Positions 9,562 through 21,463 of a stretch of 64,000 bases of DNA are shown here, in pieces. Within the stretch, counting starts at the first letter, position 1. Every line of letters starts with the position of its first letter. The stretch covers positions 5,984,001 to 6,048,000 of the forward strand of contig CAWAIF010000003.1 of the NCBI GenBank assembly GCA_963782055.1, in the 5' to 3' direction. Source of the stretch: an uncultured delta proteobacterium (GTDB lineage: Bacteria > Myxococcota_A > Polyangia > Polyangiales > Polyangiaceae). The translations under genes were made by a program, and so were the position numbers. Below the pieces are notes generated by a model, which ran no database searches, was not told the DNA's origin, and worked only from the letters and a program-made list of their open reading frames with translations.

Positions 9562-10823
9562 GCGGGCCGCTCCTTGCGGCGCGCCGCGCGCGGCCTGGAG
9601 AAGAGGGACAGGAGCAGGAAGCGGAGCAGGGCGAGCGTCCCGAAGCCGAGGACGGCGGCGGCGAGCAGGATCGCCGGGCGCTGGTCGAGCTGGTGCAGGA
9701 CCGGGGCCGGGAGCTTCGGGATGGCGAACCAGAAGATGACGAAGAAGAGGAGCGCGTGCGCCACGGTGTAGGTGACGGCCACGCGCGAGCGCTGGTCGCG
9801 CGTCAGCGGGCGCCCCAGCTTGCCCCGCGCGAACCGCGCGGCGACCATGGACTCGAAGACCAGCGCGAAGACGCCGGGCGTCCAGCGCACGTGCGCGCCG
9901 ACGACCCACGCGTTGTACATCAGGGCGAGCACCAGCCCGACGACGGCGCCGAGCACCATGCCCGCGTAGACCACCGCCGGGACGGGGCCCCCGCGGCCGA
10001 CCCGCGCGCTGCGCGCCGGGCCCGCCCCCTCGTCCTGCGAGTCGCCGGTGTCGGCGCGGGGTAGCTCGGAGAGGGCCTTCTGCGCGTCCATCGGCGCGGC
10101 CTGCCGCTCGTCGGAGACGATGCGGCCGTCGCGGAACTGGATGACGCGGCTGGCGCACGACGCGATGTCGTGCTCGTGGGTGACCAGCGCGACGGTGATG
10201 CCGCGCTCGCGGTTGAGCCGCTGGAGCAGCGCGAGCACCTCCAGGCTGGTGCGGGTGTCCAGGTTGCCGGTGGGCTCGTCGGCGAGGAGCAGCGGCGGGT
10301 CGGTGACGAGCGCCCGCGCGATCGCCACGCGCTGCTGCTGCCCTCCGGAGAGCTGGTTGGGCTTGTGGTCCATGCGGTCGCCCAGACCGACGGCGCGCAG
10401 GGCCTCCTCCGCGCGGCGGCGCCGCTCGCGCACGCCGACGCCGCGGTACTGCAGCGGCAGCTCCACGTTCTCCAGCGCCGTCGTGCGCGGGAGCAGGTTG
10501 AAGCCCTGGAAGATGAAGCCGATGAGGCGGTTGCGGACGATGGCGCGCGCGTCGTTGCCGCGGGCGCCCACCTCCAGCTCGGCGAGGCGGTAGCTGCCGT
10601 GGGTGGGGCGGTCGAGGCACCCCAGGATGTTCATCAGCGTCGACTTGCCCGAGCCGCTGGTGCCCACGATGGCCACGAACTCGCCGCGCAGGATGTCGAT
10701 CTGTACGTCGCGCAGGGCGTGAACGACGCCGCCGCCCGTCGCGTAGTCCTTGCCGACGTCGCGCAGGGTGATGAGCGACTCGGGCGGCTCGGCAGCCCCG
10801 GGGGCGGACGCGGCGTCGGGCAT
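9558..10823 (-). CDS. MacB/LolD-type ABC ATP-binding protein with C-terminal membrane extension
   Basis: Walker A GTSGSGKST, LSGGQQQR, LLLADEPTGNLD, then about 130 aa with several hydrophobic segments. Confidence 0.9.
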   Translation of the reverse strand: MPDAASAPGAAEPPESLITLRDVGKDYATGGGVVHALRDVQIDILRGEFVAIVGTSGSGKSTLMNILGCLDRPTHGSYRLAELEVGARGNDARAIVRNRLIGFIFQGFNLLPRTTALENVELPLQYRGVGVRERRRRAEEALRAVGLGDRMDHKPNQLSGGQQQRVAIARALVTDPPLLLADEPTGNLDTRTSLEVLALLQRLNRERGITVALVTHEHDIASCASRVIQFRDGRIVSDERQAAPMDAQKALSELPRADTGDSQDEGAGPARSARVGRGGPVPAVVYAGMVLGAVVGLVLALMYNAWVVGAHVRWTPGVFALVFESMVAARFARGKLGRPLTRDQRSRVAVTYTVAHALLFFVIFWFAIPKLPAPVLHQLDQRPAILLAAAVLGFGTLALLRFLLLSLFSRPRAARRKERPA

Positions 10824-10831
10824 GGCGTCGC

Positions 10832-12088
10832 TCAGAAGGGGCCCTTCTTCTTCTTGGTGTCGATCTCGTCGGTCACCACCTTGGTGCCGACGGAGAGCTC
10901 GTCGCCGGTGAGCTGGGTGTAGATGCCGTCGGTCACGCCGACGTGCACCACCCGCTCCTCCTCCTTCTCCTCGCCCAGCTTGTCGTTGACCAGGACGTGC
11001 ACCCGGGCCTCCCCCTTGGGGAGCGCGGGCTCCGGCGGCATCGGCTTCGGCTTGCCGTCGGGGCCGAGCGGCGGCGTGGGCTTGTAGCGCAGCGCCGCGT
11101 TGGGGATGCGCAGGGTGCCCTTGGCCACCTTGGTGTCGATCGTCACGGTGGCCGTCATGCCGGGGCGCAGCTTCTCCTCCGGGTTCTCCACCTGGACGAC
11201 CGCCGAGTAGGTGACGACGCCCTGCACGTTGTTCGGGCTGTAGCGGACCTGCTCCACCACGCCGTGGAACTTCTCGCCGGGGAAGGCGTCGACGACGGCC
11301 TCGGCGTTCATCCCCGCCTTGAGCAGGCCGACGTCCGCCTCGTCCACGTCCGCCAGGACGCGCATCTTGCGGAGGTCCTGCGCGATGACGAAGAGCACCG
11401 GCGCCTGGAAGCTGGCGACGACCGTGGCGCCGGGGTCGATGTTGCGCGTGACCACCACGCCGTCCACCGGGGAGTAGATCTTGGTGAAGCCGACGTTGGT
11501 CTGCGTCTGGGCGAGCTGGGCGCGCGTGGCGCGGATGGCGGCCTGCGCGGCGGTGACGTTGGCCGTGGCGACCTCGTACTGGCCGCGCGAGGTGTCGACG
11601 TCCGCCTTGCTGGCCAGGTTCTGCGCCTGGAGCTTCTGCATGCGCTCGTAGGTGATGCGCGCCGAGTCGGCGGCGGCCTTGGCGCTCTCCATCTGCGCGC
11701 GCTGCGACTGCAGGTTCGCCTCCGCCTGGCTCACCTGCGCGCCGTAGATCGTCGGGTCGATCTCGGCGAGCACGTCGCCCTTCTTCACGACCGAGTTGAA
11801 GTCGACGTACACGTCGGTGATGCGCCCGTTGGCCTGGGCGCCCACGTTGACCTGAAGGAGCGGCTGCACCGCGCCGGTGGCCTGCACCTTCTGGATGACG
11901 TCGCCCTTCTGGACCGTCTGCGCCACGTACTTGGCGGCCGGCGGGGGCCGGTGGGTGACGCGCCACGCCAGCCCGCCGCCCACCAGCACCAGCACCACCC
12001 CGAGGGTGGCGAGACGCCGGAGCCATACGCGGCTCCCCTCCTCGGCAGCGAGGGCTCTACGTAACTCGTCGACGGCGGCGTTGGACAT
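10832..12088 (-). CDS. Periplasmic adaptor subunit (MacA/HlyD family)
   Basis: N-terminal TM, VQATGAVQP, IYSPVDGVV, ADVDEADVG, LRPGMTATVTI. Confidence 0.92.
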   Translation of the reverse strand: MSNAAVDELRRALAAEEGSRVWLRRLATLGVVLVLVGGGLAWRVTHRPPPAAKYVAQTVQKGDVIQKVQATGAVQPLLQVNVGAQANGRITDVYVDFNSVVKKGDVLAEIDPTIYGAQVSQAEANLQSQRAQMESAKAAADSARITYERMQKLQAQNLASKADVDTSRGQYEVATANVTAAQAAIRATRAQLAQTQTNVGFTKIYSPVDGVVVTRNIDPGATVVASFQAPVLFVIAQDLRKMRVLADVDEADVGLLKAGMNAEAVVDAFPGEKFHGVVEQVRYSPNNVQGVVTYSAVVQVENPEEKLRPGMTATVTIDTKVAKGTLRIPNAALRYKPTPPLGPDGKPKPMPPEPALPKGEARVHVLVNDKLGEEKEEERVVHVGVTDGIYTQLTGDELSVGTKVVTDEIDTKKKKGPF

Positions 12089-12611
12089 GGGCAGGCTCGG
12101 AAGGGGGGGTCCCGGGGCGCCTACTGTAAGCACCGCGGGAGGACGCGCATCGTAAACCGCATGAAGAAACGTGTACGACGTTCTGGATGCCGCCTTTCGA
12201 CGGCGCTGGCGGCCCAAGCGCGGGACCTCATCAAGGCATGCGAGGAAGCCCGACGCGTAGCGGAGGGCCCGCGTGGGGAGGGGCCCCGCCCAATTTACTT
12301 GGGCGGGGAGGGGCGGCGCGTGCCGCCCCTCCCAGGCATGCCCTGGACCGAACGTCCGGCGAGACGTAAACCTCCGGAAGTGCGACGTTCTTCCCGTGGG
12401 CCCCAAGGGCCGGACGCGAGTTTTTGTCTAATCCGACGTGATTCAAGTATCGTCGGAAAAGACCACCATTTTCGGCAGCCAGATGGGCACCGGCGTGGGG
12501 TCGTGCTGGCTCTGGCCGCTTGCGACGGGCCCCGCCGCGGGGCCGAAGCCCGGGGTCTTCGGCCGGAGCCGTCTCGGGCGGTACGGAGTGAACACAGGTG
12601 CCAGGGCCAGT

Positions 12612-13199
12612 ATGGCGAGACTCTCCGATCGCGACCTCGTTGACCGCGCACGCCAGGGTGACGTCGAAGCCTTCGGCCAGCTCGTGCGCCGTCACCAACC
12701 CCGCATTGTACGCCTCGCCATCCACATGCTCCGCGACAGGTCGGAGGCCGAGGACGTCTCGCAGGAGACCTTCATCCGCGCCTACCAGGCCCTCGCCCGG
12801 TTCGACGGCCGGAGCGAGCCGTACACCTGGCTCTATCGCATCGCCGTCAACCTCTCCCTGAACACCATCCGCGCCCGCAAGACCTCCCGCCACGCGGGCG
12901 ACGCCAGCGACCCGCGCCTCGAGGCGCTGATGGTGGAGACCCGCCCGGAGGCCGACCCGCGCAGCGCCGCCGCCGACCGGCAGCAGTACGCGGTGGTCTG
13001 CGAGGGCATCGACACCCTGAGCGAGACGCTCCGCACGACGCTCATCCTGGTGTGCATCGACGGCGTCTCGCACGAGGACGCGTCCCACATCCTGGGCGCG
13101 CCGGAGGGGACGATCGCCTGGCGCGTGCATGAGGCACGGCGCAAACTGAGGGCGTTTCTGTCCCAGCGCGGCTTCGCGCTGGAGGGAGACGAGTCGTGA
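12612..13199 (+). CDS. ECF (sigma-70 group 4) RNA polymerase sigma factor
   Basis: AEDVSQETFIRAY, WLYRIAVNL, region 4 GTIAWRVHEARRKL. Confidence 0.93.
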   Translation: MARLSDRDLVDRARQGDVEAFGQLVRRHQPRIVRLAIHMLRDRSEAEDVSQETFIRAYQALARFDGRSEPYTWLYRIAVNLSLNTIRARKTSRHAGDASDPRLEALMVETRPEADPRSAAADRQQYAVVCEGIDTLSETLRTTLILVCIDGVSHEDASHILGAPEGTIAWRVHEARRKLRAFLSQRGFALEGDES

Positions 13200-14635
13200 C
13201 CGACAAGAAGCTCGACAGCCTGCTCGCCTCCTGGCCCCTGCCCGAGCGCACCCCCCTCGACGTCGACGAGGCGGCCGGACGCGTGGTGGACGCCCTGCGC
13301 GCCGGAGAGAAGCCGCTACGCAGCGCAGCAATCGATGACGCAACGCTCCTTTCGCCGCCGCTTCCGCAGCGTCCGGAAGAGGGGCAAACTTCGCCCCGTG
13401 AGCCATCCGCCGCCCCCGGTCGTCTGACTTTGGGTGGCACCGCCGTGGAGAACAAGATGTCCAAGGAACGAGGTCGGGACCGTACCAGCCGCTCCAGCTT
13501 CCAGGAGCTCGCGAAGCTCGCCAGCATGCCGCCCTCGGCCCCCACCCCCACGCCTCCGCCGACCTCCGCCTCGTCGTCGGGCCCGACAGGCGTCGTGCGC
13601 GGAGAAGAGGCGTCCAGCGACGACTCCGGCATCGTCGATCTGAAGGCCATCGCCACGGCAGACCCCGCCGCCGCGCAGCGCGCGCAGGCGACCCCGCTCG
13701 CCGCGGAGGGACTGTTCGACGAGGACGCGCCCCCGCCGGCCTCCGCCACGCTGCCTGCGCAGTCGGCACCGCCCACCGCGGCTGCCGTCGCGTCCGCCGC
13801 ACCGCCGCCCGTGACCGCCGCCCCGCAGGCCGCGGCCAGGGCCGCCGCGCCTGGCGAGAAGAAGAAGGGCGGAGGGATCGTCATCGCCATCGGCGCCATC
13901 GTCGCGCTCTCTGCGGTGGCGGCGGGCGGCTTCTTCGTCGTCAAGTCACGCTTGCACGCCAAGGAGACGCCGGTGGCCGCCACGACGGTCGCCGCGCCGG
14001 ACACCGCGCAGACGGCCGCGGCCACCGCCACGGCCCCCGCGGCGAGCGTCGCCGACACCGAGCCCTCCGCCTCCGACGACTCCACCAATCTGGACAACCT
14101 GCCGGAGGACAGCCCGCAGAAGGCGCGCCTGCGCAAGATCACCGCCACCAGCGGCAAGCCGATCGCCAAGTCGACCACCGGCACCGACGCCAAGAAGCCG
14201 CCGCCCGCCGGCTCGGTCGATCCCAAGCTCATCGCCAACATCCCGACAGGCGGCGGCGGCAACGGCAACTCCGGAGACTTCAACGACGCGCTGAAGCACG
14301 CGGCCGGCGGCGGCATGGGCGTCGGCAAGGACGCCACGCAGACGGCGGCGGCGGTGCCGACGGGCAACGTGCCGCAGAAGCCCTCGCAGGGCATGGTCGT
14401 CGGGGCGATCGGTCAGGTGCTGCCCAAGGCGCGTAGCTGCGTCAACGAGGGCGAGCCCATCTCCCACGCGACGGTCGTCTTCGGGTCGATGGGCACGGTC
14501 AAGAGCGTCTCGGTCAGCGGCTTCGCGGCGGGCAGGCCGGCGGAGGCGTGCATCAAGGCCGCCCTGGGCAAGGCCAAGGTCCAGCCCTTCGCCGAGCCGA
14601 GCTACAGCTTCCCCGTCACCATCCGCTCCAACTGA
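13196..14635 (+). CDS. Single-TM protein, probable anti-sigma factor with TonB-C/AgmX-like C-terminal domain
   Basis: GTGA-coupled to the ECF gene. One TM (GIVIAIGAIVALSAVAAGGFFVV), Pro/Ala linker, C-terminal C...GTVKSVSV...ACIKAAL...PF domain. Confidence 0.6.
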   Translation: MTDKKLDSLLASWPLPERTPLDVDEAAGRVVDALRAGEKPLRSAAIDDATLLSPPLPQRPEEGQTSPREPSAAPGRLTLGGTAVENKMSKERGRDRTSRSSFQELAKLASMPPSAPTPTPPPTSASSSGPTGVVRGEEASSDDSGIVDLKAIATADPAAAQRAQATPLAAEGLFDEDAPPPASATLPAQSAPPTAAAVASAAPPPVTAAPQAAARAAAPGEKKKGGGIVIAIGAIVALSAVAAGGFFVVKSRLHAKETPVAATTVAAPDTAQTAAATATAPAASVADTEPSASDDSTNLDNLPEDSPQKARLRKITATSGKPIAKSTTGTDAKKPPPAGSVDPKLIANIPTGGGGNGNSGDFNDALKHAAGGGMGVGKDATQTAAAVPTGNVPQKPSQGMVVGAIGQVLPKARSCVNEGEPISHATVVFGSMGTVKSVSVSGFAAGRPAEACIKAALGKAKVQPFAEPSYSFPVTIRSN

Positions 14636-14636
14636 G

Positions 14637-14682
14637 CCTCACCCCCCAGCCCCCTCTCCACTTCGTGGAGAGGGGGGTGAGG
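14637..14682. repeat. REP-like palindrome / bidirectional terminator between convergent genes
   Basis: CCCCCTCTCCAC-TTC-GTGGAGAGGGGG 12-bp stem (14650-14676) inside CCTCACCCCCC...GGGGGGTGAGG. Confidence 0.7.
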
Positions 14683-16821
<2,139 letters not shown>

Positions 16822-16904
16822 ACCCGCGCAATGTCCGCCGAGACGGGAGGGAGCGCAAGGGCAAGCGTCCCCGCCGCCTTCGGGCCGTCGGGTATGCTCG
16901 CGGC

Positions 16905-17837
16905 ATGACGAAGGATCGCAGGTCGAAGGCGCCCTCCATGAGGCCGCCGCCCAGCGGCGGCGCGCGCCATCAGGGCGCGAAGGTCGCGTTCGTGGGACTG
17001 GGCACGATGGGGCGCCCCATGGCCGAGCGGGTGCTCGACGCGGGCTACGCGACCACCGTGTTCAATCGCTCGCCCGGGAAGGGGCGCGCGCTCGCCCAGC
17101 GCGGCGCGAGCGTGGCGAAGACGCCGCGCGAGTGCGTGGCGGGGGCGCAGGTGATCGTGAGCATGGTGTCCGACGCGGCCGCGCTCGAGGCGCTGGCGGA
17201 CGGGCCGGACGGCGCGCTCGCGGGCCTCGCGCCGAAGACGCTGTGGGTGGACATGTCCACCATAGGCCGGCGGGCGGCGCGGGCGTTCGCCGCGCGGGTG
17301 CGCGAGGCGGGCGGCCGCTTCGTGGACGCGCCGGTGAGCGGGACCGTGGGGCCGGCACGGCGCGGCGAGCTCGTCGCCTTCGCCGGCGGCTCGGTGAAGG
17401 ACGTGGCCCGCGCGGAGAAGGTGCTCTCCGCGTTCTGCAGGCGCGTGGTCCACGTCGGGGAGGTGGGGCAGGGGCAGGCGCTCAAGGTCGTGCTCAACGG
17501 CCTGGGCGCCCACCACCTGGTCGCCTTCGCCAGCATGCTCGCGCTGGGGGAGCGCGCCGGCCTGGCGCGGGAGCTCGTCGTCGAGGCCTTCACCACCGGC
17601 GCCTTCGCCTCCCCGAGCTACGTCGGCAAGAAGGCGAAGGTGCTCGCCCGCGACTGGTCGCCGGAGTTCACCCTCGCGCTGACGCAGAAGGACGCCGCGC
17701 TCAACCTGGAGCTGCAGAGGGAGACGGGGCTCAGGCTGCCGGTGATGGAGGAGCTCGCGCGCGCCATCGAGGCGGGGATCGAGATCGGCCTCGGCGACCT
17801 GGACCTCTTCGCCCTGGAGAAGGTCTACGAGCGGTAG
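16905..17837 (+). CDS. NAD(P)-dependent beta-hydroxyacid dehydrogenase (3-hydroxyisobutyrate dehydrogenase family)
   Basis: [40 protein letters not shown]. Confidence 0.92.
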   Translation: MTKDRRSKAPSMRPPPSGGARHQGAKVAFVGLGTMGRPMAERVLDAGYATTVFNRSPGKGRALAQRGASVAKTPRECVAGAQVIVSMVSDAAALEALADGPDGALAGLAPKTLWVDMSTIGRRAARAFAARVREAGGRFVDAPVSGTVGPARRGELVAFAGGSVKDVARAEKVLSAFCRRVVHVGEVGQGQALKVVLNGLGAHHLVAFASMLALGERAGLARELVVEAFTTGAFASPSYVGKKAKVLARDWSPEFTLALTQKDAALNLELQRETGLRLPVMEELARAIEAGIEIGLGDLDLFALEKVYER

Positions 17838-17894
17838 GAGCTCACCACCCGGACGGCGTTGACGTTGCCCGCGTGGACACGCCGCCGCGCGCGT

Positions 17895-19154
17895 TCACGC
17901 GCGGCGCTCCAGCTCCTCGAGCTGCTCGGCGATCGCGTCCTCGTCGCCGTCGAGGGCCACGCGGAGACCCTTCCGTAGCGCGTCGGAAGCGGACGTCTCG
18001 ATGACGCGCGCGACGCGTGCCTTTCCCTCGGCGTCGAGCAGTGGTCCGAGCGCGACGGCCGCGGCGACGCGCTCGACGGAGCGGGTCGCAGGACCCTCTA
18101 GTGCTCGCCAGAGGATTGCCGAGTCCACCGATGACGCGCGGTAGTTGCCATACCGTGGATCGGCCAACACGGCCAGGTATTCGACCCATTGGCCCATAGT
18201 GTACGCGCCCCGACGAAGGCATAACAGTCCCACGCTCCCAACACAAGCAGCCTCCCGATAAGCCTTGAGCTGGGTGTCAATGGCCCGCCAGAGAGCGTCC
18301 AGCGTACCCAATCCAATCGGATCCCGAGAGCTTACGTGCCATGCGACCGCACCCCCAGCGCGCAAGACAACTACCAATTCGGCACCGTTGCAACGGATTG
18401 CTTCCACATTCTGAAACCCTTGGTAGCAAGGACGACCGCACCGCCGCCCGTACCGTAGCCCCTCGGCCCCGACCGAGACCCAGGCATGGCCTCGAGCGAG
18501 GAATGCCACACCGGCAACGGCGAGCGCGAGCAGGCAGTACTTCACCGCGCCCAACGACACAAGCCCGAGATCCGTCAATACCGCTTGCGTCAAGGCGACA
18601 GACACTGCGATGGCAAGCCAACGCATGTTGCGGCGACGCTGTGAGGAGTCGCCATGAATTAGCAGCTTGAATGTGGTGACGGAGTTGCGCGCCCCCAACC
18701 GCAACCGGCGCCGGATCTCGGCCTCGACAGCGTCACTCTGTACCTCGAGCGCGAGTTCAGGACGGAGCCACCGACGAGAGAAGCACAGATACCTGCGGCC
18801 CCAGCGGTGGCGGCAATACGCATGCACAATACTCTTCCGAGATGCCAACAACTTCGAGCCAACCCAGAGCCCCCTTTCATCGACGCCAACGTTGCCTCCC
18901 CGGACCACAGGTGTCCGATCGCAGAATCGTCCGAGAGCCAGGAGAGGCAGCAATGCCGCCAGCAACGCGGCCACTTCGGCACCGAGCGCAGTGACGCCTC
19001 CGGCCACAAACCGCAGCGATGCACGCAGACACAAACCGCTTACCGCACCGGATAGCACCACAGCGAGGACCAATAACCATCTACGATGATACCGCACGAC
19101 CAACCCAGGCATCATGCGCCGCGCGGCCTCCCGTCCCGATGTCCCCTGCACCAT
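17895..19154 (-). CDS. Polymorphic membrane protein, allele A1 (TM pairs, PH-like domains, conserved helical C-terminus); candidate immunity protein
   Basis: Open frame directly downstream of B1 with about 4 hydrophobic segments. The last ~75 aa (LWR...RVAAAVAL.P.LDAEGKARVA...ASDALR.GLRVALDGDEDAI.E.LEELERRA) match 22219..23466. Start uncertain (19154 or 19115). Confidence 0.7.
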   Translation of the reverse strand: MVQGTSGREAARRMMPGLVVRYHRRWLLVLAVVLSGAVSGLCLRASLRFVAGGVTALGAEVAALLAALLPLLALGRFCDRTPVVRGGNVGVDERGLWVGSKLLASRKSIVHAYCRHRWGRRYLCFSRRWLRPELALEVQSDAVEAEIRRRLRLGARNSVTTFKLLIHGDSSQRRRNMRWLAIAVSVALTQAVLTDLGLVSLGAVKYCLLALAVAGVAFLARGHAWVSVGAEGLRYGRRCGRPCYQGFQNVEAIRCNGAELVVVLRAGGAVAWHVSSRDPIGLGTLDALWRAIDTQLKAYREAACVGSVGLLCLRRGAYTMGQWVEYLAVLADPRYGNYRASSVDSAILWRALEGPATRSVERVAAAVALGPLLDAEGKARVARVIETSASDALRKGLRVALDGDEDAIAEQLEELERRA

Positions 19155-19167
19155 CGCCGTGACTATC

Positions 19168-20370
19168 TCAGGTACGAGGGCCGATGGGTCCGACACCATC
19201 CTCAGGATTCGGAAAGTACGTGCGCGAACGGGGGCCGCCGCCGGCCGTACCCTCGGGGTTCGGGAAGTACAGATCCGCGCGTCGCAATCGTCCACGTGGA
19301 CCACCGACACCGAGGCCATCGGGGGAGTCTGGCGCCGGCATTTCCGTTGCTGCACGAGGGCCACCCACGCCACCGCCGCCGCCGGGGTCGTCCGGCGCAG
19401 GCATCGACCCGCCCCCATCATGGTGCTTGGCCAGCGCCTGTCCCACGAAGTAGCCGATCAATAACCCAACTATTGCCCCAGCCACCATCCCCTCCGGCCC
19501 CTTCCATTTCCAGCCAACGTATCCGCCTGCTACGGCTCCGACGGCCATCGTTCCCTCGACGATGGCAGCGTGCTCTGGGTCAACCCTCTTGGGTGGTGGT
19601 GTATTCGTATCCTTGGATGCAGGACCCTTCTGATCCGTCTTGATACCGACTCCGGAATTTGGTGTCATGGGCTTCGCATGGCTCATGTCGACGCCTTGAT
19701 CATGGCCCCCATGTTGGGCACCTACGGAGTTTGGGTTCGGACCGGGGCCCTGGGATGATGTCCCGCCATCTCCACCTGCGTCGACTCCACCATCCGGGTC
19801 GTCATGCTCCCACCTCCCGGGCGGCATCCCCCTGCGCGGATCCGCCCGGTTCGGGTCGTACCCGTGCCCCAGCGACCCGAGCCACTTCATCACCTCCCGC
19901 CGCTGCTTCTCCATGTGCGCGTGCACGTCCGGCAGGTGGTGCGACGGGTGGCGGTAGCCGCCCGTCGGGTCGAAGCCCGGCAGATCGTGCAGGTGCCCGA
20001 ACATCTCTCCGAGGATAGCAGCCGGATCGCCCTTGCCCAGCGTGCCGCCAGGATTCGACGAGATGGGGATGTTCCCGCCGAAGTAGTGCTTCGAGATGTG
20101 GTCGATCACCTTGCCGATGTCGCTTGGGCCGGGCAGACCCGACCCTGGCGTGTGCGTCCCGAGGTCGCCTCCGCCCAGCCCGAAGGGTCCCCCGAAGTGC
20201 TTCGCGATCTGGCCGATCAGGTCGCCGAGTGAATCGCCCCCGGTGCCGCCGATGACCTGCCCGCTCGGGAGCACGACGCCGGTGCCTTCCTCCGGCGGCC
20301 GCCAGTCGATGCGGCGAGGACCGGTGTACTCCGGCTCCGGCACCTCGTTCACCGCACGGCGTTGCATCAT
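19168..20370 (-). CDS. Polymorphic glycine-zipper protein, allele B1; candidate toxin or recognition protein
   Basis: ATG overlaps the upstream TGA (ATGA). N-terminal ~190 aa near-identical to B2, unique middle with GxxxG hairpin, four C-terminal PxP(D/E)..GP repeats. Confidence 0.78.
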   Translation of the reverse strand: MMQRRAVNEVPEPEYTGPRRIDWRPPEEGTGVVLPSGQVIGGTGGDSLGDLIGQIAKHFGGPFGLGGGDLGTHTPGSGLPGPSDIGKVIDHISKHYFGGNIPISSNPGGTLGKGDPAAILGEMFGHLHDLPGFDPTGGYRHPSHHLPDVHAHMEKQRREVMKWLGSLGHGYDPNRADPRRGMPPGRWEHDDPDGGVDAGGDGGTSSQGPGPNPNSVGAQHGGHDQGVDMSHAKPMTPNSGVGIKTDQKGPASKDTNTPPPKRVDPEHAAIVEGTMAVGAVAGGYVGWKWKGPEGMVAGAIVGLLIGYFVGQALAKHHDGGGSMPAPDDPGGGGGVGGPRAATEMPAPDSPDGLGVGGPRGRLRRADLYFPNPEGTAGGGPRSRTYFPNPEDGVGPIGPRT

Positions 20371-20483
20371 CCCATCCTCGCCGAGGTGACGCGGTTCGCC
20401 GTCACCAGCACGCGGAAGGTGACGTCCCAGGGCCCGCTCGAGCCCGTCGGATGCAGGCGCCAGCGCACCCACGTCGCGAGGGG
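20367..20483 (-). pseudogene. 3' remnant of gene C
   Basis: 117 bp identical to 24758-24874. Lies in a 65-aa ORF (20367-20564) that overlaps both the DUF559 stop and the B1 start. Confidence 0.85.
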
Positions 20484-20560
20484 GCCCGGCGCGTGCGCGA
20501 GCTCAAGCTGCGAGCCGCGGCCGACACGCGACCGCACGACGCCCGCGCCAGAGGGCTCGC

Positions 20561-20938
20561 TCACCTCCCGCGCCGCAGCGCCGCGCGCACCATCCCCACC
20601 GCCCGGTTGACGCTGTCCTCCACCACCGCCGCCTCGAGCCGGAGCACCCGGAAGCCCAGCGACTCGATCGCCGTCTGCCGCCGCGCGTCCGCCTCCGGAT
20701 GCCCCGGCTCCCGGTGCACCCCGCCGTCCACCTCCACGACGAGCCGCTCGCTCAGCGCCACGAAGTCCACGATGTAGCTACCGCCCAGCACGTGCTGCCG
20801 GCGAAACTTCACCCCGCCGCACCGCCGATCTCGAAGCTCCCGCCACAGCATCGCCTCCGATCGCGTCGCGTCCTTTCGCCGCATCCGCCGCGCGTGGTGG
20901 TGAAGGATGCACAGAGAGGGAGCTTCGTGCGGTGCCAT
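20561..20938 (-). CDS. DUF559 / Vsr-like endonuclease, copy 1
   Basis: ARRMRR..TRSEAMLW.ELR, KFRRQH, YIVDF, LVVEVDGGVH, D..R...IESLGFRVLR. Confidence 0.9.
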   Translation of the reverse strand: MAPHEAPSLCILHHHARRMRRKDATRSEAMLWRELRDRRCGGVKFRRQHVLGGSYIVDFVALSERLVVEVDGGVHREPGHPEADARRQTAIESLGFRVLRLEAAVVEDSVNRAVGMVRAALRRGR

Positions 20939-21051
20939 GCCCTCCCAAGGCGACAGAAGCGTGACAGCCGCCGTCTAGCTACCCGCGAGCACACCGAAGG
21001 CTGGCGCGCTTCTTTCGCCCTCCCGGGCGTGGCACCGCACGAAGCTCCCTC
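20916..21051 (-). ncRNA. Structured 136-nt leader hairpin covering the DUF559 start, copy 1
   Basis: 27-nt arms 20916-20942 and 21025-21051 (26/27 complementary), inner stems 20949-20961/21007-21019 and CAGCC/GGCTG, compensatory changes relative to copy 2. Strand assumed from the gene. Confidence 0.7.
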
Positions 21052-21148
21052 GCGCGTGCCTGCGCAACATCGAGGGGAGGCCATTCGCGGGGGAGGGCCC
21101 GTTCCCACCGTTTCTACCGTCCACAGCCCGTCACCAGCGCCCCGAACA

Positions 21149-21318
21149 TCCTCCCCGCCCGAGCGAGCGCGAGCGAGCGATGGGCCGGGGGAGGACGCGT
21201 GCGCGCAGGGCCCACGCGCAAGCTCGCGCGCGCGCCGGAGCCCGTGCACCACGTACCCATCGACCGGCGCGCGCGCGAGCGAGCATGGGCCCGAGCACAC
21301 GCGAGGAGGGGCCCCCCC
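21149..21318. repeat. REP/CIR-like composite palindrome upstream of DUF559, copy 1
   Basis: TCCTCCCC...GGGGAGGA stem, then a long hairpin with a perfect 17-bp stem (21222-21238/21264-21280), ending AGGAGGGGCCCCCCC. Confidence 0.65.
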
Positions 21319-21322
21319 TCTC

Positions 21323-21463
21323 TCACTCCTGAACGATCACCCCGGGTGCCCGGAGAACACGATCGCATCCATCAGGTGCTCCTCCTCCACCAGCGCCAGC
21401 GTCGGGTGCCCGCGATCGATCCGCACCGTCCCCCCGGCGCGCCCCACCCGCACGCCGCCGCGC
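21323..21463 (-). pseudogene. hutF: 3' fragment of hutF at the duplication junction
   Basis: Near-identical to 26685-26827 (GGTVRIDRGHPTLALVEEE.LMDAIVFSGHPG) with small indels. Confidence 0.9.

Larger units (their letters stand above)
17173..21463. repeat. Tandem duplication, copy 1 (about 4.3 kb)
   Basis: Same gene order as 21452-26827 (dehydrogenase 3' part, A, B, C end, DUF559, palindromes, hutF 3' end), with near-identical blocks separated by diverged ones. Confidence 0.92.
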
